Under the pieces are notes generated by a model. The model was not told the origin of the DNA, ran no database searches, and saw nothing but the letters and a program-made list of their open reading frames with translations. Both the position numbers and the translations under genes were made by a program. A DNA stretch of 64,000 bases from Monocercomonoides exilis PA203. Its lineage: Eukaryota; Protista; Preaxostyla. The DNA is taken from positions 124,001 through 188,000 of the forward strand of contig LSRY02000019.1 of assembly GCA_001643675.2 (NCBI GenBank), read 5' to 3'. Below, in pieces: positions 12,201-22,000 of this stretch. Each line of letters begins with the position of its first letter. Position 1 is the first letter of the stretch.

Positions 12201-13102
12201 TGATCATTTGCGTTGCTCATATTTCTTTCCCCTAACTTTTCATCTGAGTTTGCATTATTTGAGCCGACGTCATCTTTTCCCTGATTCTCGTTTGTTCTTT
12301 CTTCAGTCTTTACCGTGTTCCTTTGCTCTGTGAAAATTGTTCGTGGTCTTCCTCTCCTTCCTTTCTTTCGAGTTGGTTCGTCTGTTTTCTCATCTGATTG
12401 CCTTTTAGCAGTTTTACTCTTATTTCTCCTTTCCTCCATTAGTCTGTCTAATGCTTCAAATGCTTTTCTTTCTTCTTCTCTTTCTTTTTCTCTTTGAGCT
12501 TTCCTTGCAAGTTCTTCTTTCTCTAATTCTTCTTGTTTCCTTCGCTTTTCTTCTGCTAATTGGTTTTTTCTTTCTTGTTCTCGCTCTTTAATCCGTTGCT
12601 CTTCTCTTTCTAATGCAATCAATTTTTGAAGATTCTTTTGTTCTTCTGTCAAAAAAATAGTTTCTTGATGAGCAGGCAACGTGCGGTTCTGAAAGACAAG
12701 GGAATTTGCAGCAGCAGAAGATTGAGATTGAGAAGGGCTCTGAATTGTTGAAGCTGTAGCATCGCGGGATAAAGCTGATGGAAAATGAAACGAATGTGAC
12801 AAAAGTGCATGAGAAGTTGACATTGTCAGCGGTGATGGAGATTTTGTAAGCATAGAAAGTGGAGAAAAATAAGAGTCTATGCGAGACGTTGGGCGAGGAT
12901 TTGTTGCATTGCATGGAGGAGGCAGTTGAAAGCGATGAGAAGTTGAAAGAAATGCTTGAGGGAGTTCTGTTTGCGAAGAAGGGCGTGCCATTGGGTAAAG
13001 AGGTTGTGATGGGATTTGTTGTTGTGGAAAAAAACTTGAACGCGGTGAGCTTTGCTTTTGAAAATTCTGTGACGCCGCAGATCCTATTTGATTTTGTTGC
13101 AT
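3239..13102 (-). CDS. SWR1: SWR1/SRCAP/Domino SNF2-family ATPase (H2A.Z exchange)
   Basis: 3287-aa ORF. HSA-like helix (WSHLCSDV...[12 protein letters not shown]). ATPase lobe 1: [63 protein letters not shown]. Long insertion, then lobe 2: [40 protein letters not shown]. AT-hook-like GRP/RGR motifs. Confidence 0.95.
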   Translation of the reverse strand: [3287 protein letters not shown]

Positions 13103-13370
13103 AAATAAAAATCTAAAACAGCAATAATTATAAATCGTTAATAATTATAATCTCAAGTATACGATGCCAATTAAATATTTCTTTTATGGCAATATGACTA
13201 TAATTTTTAAATATCGCTTAAAAAGCAAAAGAAATCAAAAAAAATATGAGTCGCTGATCTCTTGCCCATATACCGTAACACTTTATGAACAAAATTTGTT
13301 AAATTTTTTGGCATTTTTTTGCAATTGAGGAACTATCCCAACTTTACTGATTAGATATATTTTTTTGAGG

Positions 13371-15950
13371 ATGAGCAAGTTGTCAAAGAATCCTGATTTT
13401 GAAACTTTACTTTGTTTCCAGCAACTTTCTCTTGAACCTGCAATTTCAAAATCACCATCGTTAAGTCAACCATCACCTGATACATTTTATGTTTCAAATA
13501 AAGTTTTCGATATTTCTATGGATAATTCTGATGAAAAAAGAACATATCAGAATGATTCTTTTTCTGATTTGTTAGAAATGAAGTTTCACAGTAATCCTCT
13601 GCAAATTACAAGAAGTCCTCTGAGCCCCAATAAAAAATCTACATCTGAAACAAAAAATCTAACTTTTATTGCAATACCATCTGCACATATGCAATTGTCA
13701 AACGAAAATGTCGTTGATGTTGATTCGTTCGAAATTATTGATGATGCAATAAATATCTCTTCAAACAAACATGAACTTCAGTCGAAAGAAAAAATGCAAA
13801 GTCAGATTGCCGAATGGGAAGGTATATTGCCTGATGTTAAATTTCCAGCAAATGATAACAAATCTTTTGACTTCAATTTGGTGCAGCACCATGGGAAATG
13901 CAAATACGTTGAACAAAATCTGGAAAAAATTCCAAAAGTTACGCATCCAAATGATATGTTTGAACAAAAAAGGTCTTCTACAGCCCCGACTATCCACAAG
14001 ACATACAGTTCCAATAATGCAAATATTTATTATCCTGCTGATACTTCAAGAAAAAATCATGATAAAATAAACGATAAGCGAATTCCGTCAAGTCTTTTGC
14101 TTAAACTTGATTTAGATTCATTTCCATGCTCTGATCCATCCGTCACAGATCGGTGCAAATCAACTTCAACACCTTCATCTCATTCTGCTTTTAGACCTTT
14201 TTGCTCTCATCGTTCTGCCTTATTCGGTGTTGCACGGCAAACCACGCATCAACAACGACCTTCATCGGAATTATCATACGCTTTTCCAGCGCAGAAAGGA
14301 GATTCGATCAATTTGCTTCCTCTGCACAAAGAGGAAGGTTTAAGCATCATTACGACACACATCACAGAGCAGCCTTTGCATCTCTCTGAAAAAGGAACTA
14401 AATCTCCACGTCGAACAAAGAGCTCTCCTTCAACTCCTTCAACTCCTTTAAATCTTACTCCAAGTCAGGCAGAACGATATCGCCGATGGAAGCGCAACAG
14501 GCGGAGCAGACAGTTTCGCTCAAATTCTTCGCGTGGCAATGAAGAGAGTGACAATACAAGCCGAACGCATCGACTTATCCAAACTGAGAACTTTGTGAAA
14601 CTTATCGAGATGCCCTTGCTCTCCAACACAAACGCTTCCAAGCCGCAGCAGGCACACTCACAGCAGTCTTTGCGGAGCAGGAGCAAATCCACTTCTCCTC
14701 TTTCGTTGCCCTTGCAGAGCAATGCAGCATTTGCTGAATTCTCGAAGACTTTGCCAACGGCAGCACAAACGCTTCCGTCAACTCTGAAGAATGATGAGCT
14801 GAATGAATTGTTGGGAACATTAACTGCTCGTCGAATGTGTTTATCTCCATCTTCAACTTCTCGTTCGCGAAAAGCTTTTTATTCTTTCAAAGATACAAGT
14901 CATACTCAAAAGAACATCCCTGATTCTGACAAGAGCCACATACAACAAAAATTAGAAAACGATTTTGAGAAAAAGAAAGAAAACAAAATTGAACAAGCAA
15001 AAGAGAATGTGGAAATTGAGGTACTTGAACGAGATTTGCCTCCGAAAGACAAAATGGAACGAACTCCATCGCTTAAAAGAGTGAATGATAAAGAGCTGAC
15101 TGCAAAGGAAGCCATTTCCACTCCAAAGCAGCAGCACAAAACGCTGTTGGATTCCACTCCGCTTTCATCCTCGCAGAAATCGCTTTATCACCCAGCCGTT
15201 TTGAGCTTGTCTTCTCTCCCTGCTGTTACGTCGAGCTCTCTCTTTTCTGTTTCTCCTCCTGCCACCCCCAAATTCGAGCCGTTGCAGCGCGGAAGCTCGC
15301 TTAAAGATGTGCCGCCAGTCAATTCCATTTCAACACCCAGACGTAATGCAGAGCACACAATTGCCTCTTCGCCTTCCACAATGCTGTCTGACTTGCATTG
15401 CTCCCCAATGCCTCAATCATCGTCTCATCAGACTTCTCCTCTTCGTGTTCCCACAGATCTGCCTTCTGCAAAGACGTCAGCTGAGGCTGTGCCTGTTAAC
15501 AAGAGACATTCTCCTCAGCGCACATTCAAAAAGCTCACTGCCATTCCACTTCACCCTGTGGCCATTTCTCATTCGTCTGCTCTTCCGCCTGTGGTGACTC
15601 AGTCAAATAGATGTGCCAAACTGCTTCATACAAACCACTTTGAAGCGGAAGAATCTGGGTCTGAGGCTGAAAACTGCGAAAGCTCGTCCTGTGAAGGAAG
15701 CATTTCGTCTCATAGAAATGACAGCAGTGATGGCGTTCAAAGCGAAACAGACGAAGAAAATGCACACAAAAATATACACAAAGATTATCATCATTCTTCT
15801 AATGCTCTTGGCAGTCGTTCTCCTGCTTCTGTTTCGAAGCGCAGGCAGGCAAAAGTGCAAGAAGAGTCTGGAACAGCACCTGATCCTCATTCGCTTTTTT
15901 CTTCATTTGCTCCGTCACCTCCACTTCGCAAGGGATATTTGTTTAATTAA
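13371..15950 (+). CDS. Hypothetical Ser/Pro-rich, largely disordered protein
   Basis: Long ORF (about 860 aa, first ATG 13371) with coding-like composition, divergent from SWR1. No recognised domain; basic patch RYRRWKRNRRSR. Confidence 0.7.
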   Translation: MSKLSKNPDFETLLCFQQLSLEPAISKSPSLSQPSPDTFYVSNKVFDISMDNSDEKRTYQNDSFSDLLEMKFHSNPLQITRSPLSPNKKSTSETKNLTFIAIPSAHMQLSNENVVDVDSFEIIDDAINISSNKHELQSKEKMQSQIAEWEGILPDVKFPANDNKSFDFNLVQHHGKCKYVEQNLEKIPKVTHPNDMFEQKRSSTAPTIHKTYSSNNANIYYPADTSRKNHDKINDKRIPSSLLLKLDLDSFPCSDPSVTDRCKSTSTPSSHSAFRPFCSHRSALFGVARQTTHQQRPSSELSYAFPAQKGDSINLLPLHKEEGLSIITTHITEQPLHLSEKGTKSPRRTKSSPSTPSTPLNLTPSQAERYRRWKRNRRSRQFRSNSSRGNEESDNTSRTHRLIQTENFVKLIEMPLLSNTNASKPQQAHSQQSLRSRSKSTSPLSLPLQSNAAFAEFSKTLPTAAQTLPSTLKNDELNELLGTLTARRMCLSPSSTSRSRKAFYSFKDTSHTQKNIPDSDKSHIQQKLENDFEKKKENKIEQAKENVEIEVLERDLPPKDKMERTPSLKRVNDKELTAKEAISTPKQQHKTLLDSTPLSSSQKSLYHPAVLSLSSLPAVTSSSLFSVSPPATPKFEPLQRGSSLKDVPPVNSISTPRRNAEHTIASSPSTMLSDLHCSPMPQSSSHQTSPLRVPTDLPSAKTSAEAVPVNKRHSPQRTFKKLTAIPLHPVAISHSSALPPVVTQSNRCAKLLHTNHFEAEESGSEAENCESSSCEGSISSHRNDSSDGVQSETDEENAHKNIHKDYHHSSNALGSRSPASVSKRRQAKVQEESGTAPDPHSLFSSFAPSPPLRKGYLFN

Positions 15951-16472
15951 CTTCATAAATTAGAATTGTTTCTTTTCATTTCTTTTCTTTTTCTGTTTTT
16001 TGCTGAAAACTTTCAATTTTTATTTGATTGAATTCATCATTGTTATTTTTTATTTTCATATTGTAAATCTTTTTCAAATGTTTTGTAATTTTAACTTTTT
16101 AAACAAAAAATTGATTGAAGTCAACATCAAAAAAATTCTGTTTATCTCAAAAATTCAGAAAAAGCAAAAGCCAATTGTGTCTTGAAACATTTCCATTTTT
16201 TTCAATAAGTTTATTTAATGGCACTCAAATTAAAGTTTCAAAGCACAAATTTTTGAATAATTATTTGACAGAAATGGAGAATAAATAAAGAAATAAGTTC
16301 TTTCGTTCATGGCATCATGAAAGTCGAATATACAATGAATATTTTTTTTTGTTAATAACAACCTTAAAAATGCACAATTTCCTGGATGTTGCGCAATCCA
16401 TCTTAGATAAGTTTTTTTAATATTTTTTATTTTTCTTAATATGGTCAACTGATCTCAATAAATCAAAAATTT

Positions 16473-18691
16473 ATGAATAATCAACTTTCAAATCAGATCG
16501 AACAATCTCGCACTAAAGAAAGTGATCAGGATTCAGATGTAATAGCAAGTTTGGTACTGTTTTAAGGATACAATCTCAGTTCTTTTTATTTTTTAAACAT
16601 TCAATATTTCTTTAATTTTGTAATCATTAATGTGTAGACTTACAAGGGGCTGTTACTCTTTTAAAGGCTCGTATCGATGCAATGGAAAAGCGTTTTTCTG
16701 AACGTCAGGAGCACCTTCAATCCCTTTCTCTTCTACTTCCGCTTGCAAGAGTTTCGTACACTTTCTCTGAACTCATCCAAGTTACTTCGGTTGTTAGACT
16801 TCACAAAAAGGCAGTTCTATGCATCAAGGCAATGAGCGAAGTTCAGACACCAATTCCACTTGGCACACCTTTGAATAAATCATTGTTCAATGTAAAAATC
16901 ACTTCCCACGATCTAGCCTTTTCAGGAAGAGAAATTATTAGCACACAAGAAGTGCCATTTCGTTACCTTACCCAGCGAGAAGCCGAAGCAGAAGGGTTGG
17001 ATGTTCATTCACCACCTCTTTCAGAAGCTCATTTCATCATTACTTTCATTCTTGACAAACCCGTCACGTATAAAATTGGAGTTTATCGACCTTTAAGCAG
17101 CATGACAACGCAAAGGCAGGAGCTTGAAATAAAGTCTCATGTTGCCCAAACTGGATCATCTACGTTTGGAGAAGCACCTTTGCCAACAATAAAGCATCAA
17201 AAAGATGAAGTGTTTGCTTCACCTTCTCCTGGCCATCGACCAATTTCTTCATATCCAGCAACATCACCTCAAGCTTCTGTTTTTTCTTCATTCTCCACTC
17301 CTCCTGCTTCGATGCTTAAGGCGCAGACAGAAGGGGATTTCGCAGTCCCTAGCACAGGATCCACTTCATATGCCATTCCTGACCGTGTTTCATCTTCTTC
17401 TCCTTTTTCAGTCACATCCCCAACAATTTCCGCACAAAGTTTTTCCATGGTGCCATCTCACAGCAGCTCTGCTTATCCCGTATCCAGCTCTCCCATGGTG
17501 TCATCCATGATGTCATCATCTTTCAAGCATGCTCCTCTATTTTCGGCTCCTTCTCCTTCGCCACCATCGTTTCAGTCATATTCCACTGTTGTCAGTGCTG
17601 TTCCTTCTCACGTTCCTTTGTCCATATCACCAATGCCAACTTCTGTGCTGGGCTCAACCACACCTCCGCTCCTTCCTCCGCTTCAATCAGCTTCTCCTTA
17701 TTCCTCGATTTCTGGTTCTTCAACAGGAAATGACGCTCCCATAGATGTTCTTGGAAGAACACCTGCTCCTTCTTATATGTCTGGCACACCATTTGTGACA
17801 ACCCTTTCATCGTCACTTGTCCAATCAGGGCAAATAGGCTCTGTTGCTTCGTCTATTTCTTCATCAGGGCTAAATCCTCCCTCTCAGTCAAGCATTTCTG
17901 GTGTTCGAGGCAGACATCTGACCACTTTGCACATCCCAACCTCGCCTATCTTCATTCGCTATGCATTTGCATTCAACGAGAAGAAGAGCGCTGCTGGGTT
18001 AGCTGTGAGCGATCACGGGCTGTGTCTGAGTTATGAGCGTGATGCAGTGGGGCGTCGAATGGGTGTGACTGATGAAGTCATGGAAGGATCTTCATTCTTC
18101 TGGAGAATGCGGATTAAGCACCTTGCACCATCTACTCCAATGCTTCTGGGGATTGTTGATGAATCGTTGTGGATGCCTGGGCAAACACTGACTTCGCTCA
18201 AAGGCGCTGTTGTTGTGGATGTGCAGGATCTGTCGGTGTTTGTGAATGGAGAGCAGCAGAGGATATTTGCGAGACAAGAGAAATACCAACTGAAAGAAGG
18301 CAGCTGCATTGACTTCTATTTGGACTGCAAAGACGAAAAACTCTACATTTCTTTGGATGAAATGCCGGCAAAGGAGATCAAAGAGATTACACCGTTCCCA
18401 CAGAAATGGATAGCAGCAGCCGAGTTGTATTCGCACGGCGATGCTGTTCAGCTTGAATTCCCTTATCCACGAATTGTCATCGACCATTCTGATGACGAAG
18501 ACCAGGAAGAGCGAATTTGGAGAGAGCAGGCAGAGCTTGTATACATGCAGAACCCACCACTGTCCGTTCCTGAGCCTACATGGACGTCAGACAAACAGTT
18601 TGAAGAGACACCGAAGAAGATTGAGACACCAGGAAATGAAGAGGAGGAGACAGAAGACGATGATTGTAACCCAAAACCGGTACAGATTTAA
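16473..18691 (+). CDS. SPRY/B30.2-domain protein (2 exons)
   Basis: Exon 16473-16548 and intron 16549-16637 (GTTTGG...GTAG) join in frame to the 669-aa ORF. C-terminal FFWRMRI...MLLGIV...GSCIDFYLDC...LYISLD...WIAAAELY is SPRY-like. Confidence 0.75.
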
Positions 18692-19067
18692 TAGGCAGTA
18701 ACTGTTCATTCATCGAATTAAATCGGAAAATCGTTATTCATTCTTATTTTTATGCTTATAACTTTAGCTTTGAAAAAAGACATTTCAATTGCATGTTTGG
18801 GTGCTTTATCATTTCTTTGGCATTCAAATGTGTTTTTAGTTATTTCTCATCTGCTTGATCATTTTACAAAAAGACTCGTTTCACAAAGCGCCATTTCCAT
18901 CTCATTGTTTTTTTAAAATTCTGTCTTCTTCAATTTGTAAACAATATTCTGATTCAAATTTAAAAAAATCAAATAAATATATTATTACAGACATCAAAAG
19001 AAAAATTAGCATAATGCCTTGACTAACACAAATTTTTATAAACCGAAAATCTAAATCACGATAATTG

Positions 19068-22000
19068 TCACATCCATCTTCTTTTTTTATTAAAGATTGA
19101 TTCAGATGTTTGATACGTGTATCTTGTTGGTGGTTGTTGGCTAAATACAGCATTTCTTTGGAAAGGTTTTTCTGAAGGCTGCTTCGTTGGAGCTTTGTGG
19201 ATTGCTTCTTGTCTGCCAAAAGGTGCAATTACTGGCGAAGCTGTGACAGGAAGATTGAGTCGAGGAATAAATGGATGTTTTCGATGCTCATCAACCTGAC
19301 GATCAACATTTTGCAAGTGTTCTGTTGGAGCATTTGAACGAACTTGTGACGATAAATGCTCATTTTCTTGCTCTTCAATGCGATTCTGATCGCTTGCCAT
19401 TGTAACTTTCTTTGGAGTTTGATGAATCCTCCCCTCTTCTATTTGCCTTTTTGATGAAGCAGGTCTCTCTTCTTCTTTTATCCCTTCTGGTGTCTGTCTT
19501 TTTCCAACTTTTTGATTCAAAGGAGAAGCAATTGCATGACTTTGCTGGAAGTGTACTGTTGCAGGTGACTGATTCCTTGTAAGCACCGATCGAGGTTGAA
19601 CAGACGAAGCTCTTTTCTTCTCTTCTTTTTCTGCTGTTCCAAATGCCTGCTTTTCATTTGACTTCTGGAAAATCGGTCTTCTTTGAACAGAATCTGCTTG
19701 CCTCGATCTCATCCCCACATCTCCAGCTGCAGTTGAAGGCCGATTCAACGATGCTCCTCGCTGAAGTGATTGAGATCGTTTGCCGATTGCTGAGCTTGGG
19801 CGCCTGAGAGCCGAATTCTGTACAGCTGATGAAGCAAGCAAATTGCTCTTTTCTTTGCTGCTCAAAGAAGAGTCTGGCTGTTCATCACGTTTTTGGCGTG
19901 TTAATTCACGAGAAATATGAGCAGAAGATGGAGAAAAGCGCGAGTGAGATTCGATCAATACAAAAGGTGGCTTTTGCGACTGAGGCGCATTGCTTGCCTT
20001 TGTTGGTGTTTGCGAACGAGATGCTGTTTGAACAAGATGAGGTGAAGGAGAAAAAGTGACTCTTTTCTTTGCCGAATTTTCAGCTTGTTTTGCAATTGGC
20101 GTTGTGTCTTTAACAGGATTTTTGTTCGAATTCAAAGGTGTTCGCTTTTGTGCAAAGAGACTTTGTTTCGAAGGAGATGAAGCATTCGATTTTTTGGGTG
20201 TATCGTTTAATTCTGGTTTCGGTCTTTCATTTTTCTCTTTTGCTTCGCTGGGCTCTTGTAGTTCGTGTGATGGTGCAGGAGATGATTTTTCGTATGATCG
20301 ATGTGGAATTATTGCAGGCTGCTGCCTTTTGATGTGCTGTTGTCGATATGAAGAGAATGTTGAAGGGGAATGTGTTGTATTAGTCCCATTGGATTGCAGA
20401 GGATCTGCCATCTTTGCAGTTTCTGGTGAAGCAGTAACCAAATGCTCAGAGTTGTGTGGTGGAGATTCGTCAAGTATGTCGACATGAATGACTGGTATAA
20501 CTTGTCGATATTCTTCTTCAAGGTCGGTATCAGGATAGTGATCATGAGAGTGTTTTGAAGTGTCATCGGGAGATAATGGAAAAGAACTATCAACAAGATT
20601 GGTTGATTGTTTTGTGACGCCATGATGAAGTGGTTTAGAAGTGTGAAGTGCTGTTTCAGAAGTAATAGAAGATTGAACATTTTGCGATTGAGGTGACGAC
20701 TGAAGTGCTGATGTGTCTACAAATGGTGTTGTGGAGTGAAGTGGATTTATTGCTTTAATCTCTGGACGATCTGCAAGATTTTTTGATTTGTGAGAAACAA
20801 AAGTTTCTTCTTTCGTTCCTCTCAACTGCATCATTTCTTCTTCTTTGTCGGATACATCCAAAATATTATCTTTTTCATTTAGTTTTCTGATGTTTGATTT
20901 AACTCTCTCAGACTTACGATAATCATCCTCGTAATTGCTATTCTTCTCGTCACCAGCTGAAGAGCTGTGGCTTTTGTATTTCTCATTTGAATGATGTGCT
21001 TCAACTGAATTGTATTCTTTTTCTTCGTTTCCAGATATCAAAATTTCCTTTTCCTCTTCATTTTCCTCTTCTCTTTTGTGTCTTTCCATTTTTCTTTGCA
21101 TTCTCCGGATTCTGCGATTCTCTTTCTCTCTTTCCCATCTCGTGCGCAGCACTCCAATATCTGCGCGCAATAGTTTTATTTCTGAATCTTTCTCGTCCAT
21201 TGCCTCTTGAAGACTCTTCACTTTTTCTTCCATCTTTTCCAATGCAATTTTCCTCATTTCAGATTGTCTTTGAATTTTTGCAAGTTCTTCCTGTTCGGCT
21301 CTCTTTTGAACATTTGGTGGAGAATTCCTCGAATCTGCCTTTTGTGATACATTTGTGGTTGAATTGCGATTGCTTTCATTTGAAAGTGCTTGTTTTCGAG
21401 AAGGAAATGAAGGACTTGGAGAGCAATTAGATGAAATAGATGCATTGAGTTTTGCGTCAAGTTCTGTCTGTTTTTCGCCCGTCAGAACAAAAAGCAATTT
21501 TTGTGCCTTTTTCAAAGAATGCTTCAAAGATGATATTTGCTTATGAAGAGATTCAGTGTCCTCATTTTGAGAGAAGCGTCCTTTTGTTGAATGAGTCGAA
21601 GAAGTCATGTTTGAAGACAAAACAGTTGGCGAACCAATTTCCATGACTCTGTCTGGAGTGGCTGTCACATCAAGTACATCATTTGAAGTGTGCAAACGTT
21701 TGTTTGACTGCCTTTCATCATCTAGTTCACTTTCTTTGATTGATCCAATTGACGAATCGATATTCTTTTCTTCGTTGGCTTTCTTAGCATTCTCATCGCT
21801 CTCACATTCCAGTGTCTCGTCTATTTCTTTGATTCCAACAAGTGCAAGTTCTTTAGCTAGTTCGTCTCGTTCCTTTTTCACTTTTTCTATTTCTTCTTCA
21901 AAACTTCGCATCAAATCCGCAACCCCTTTTTCTGATTCAAATTGTCTTATCTTCGCTTTCAGCCTCTTAATCTCAAGTTGTGCGTCTGACAATGCTATCA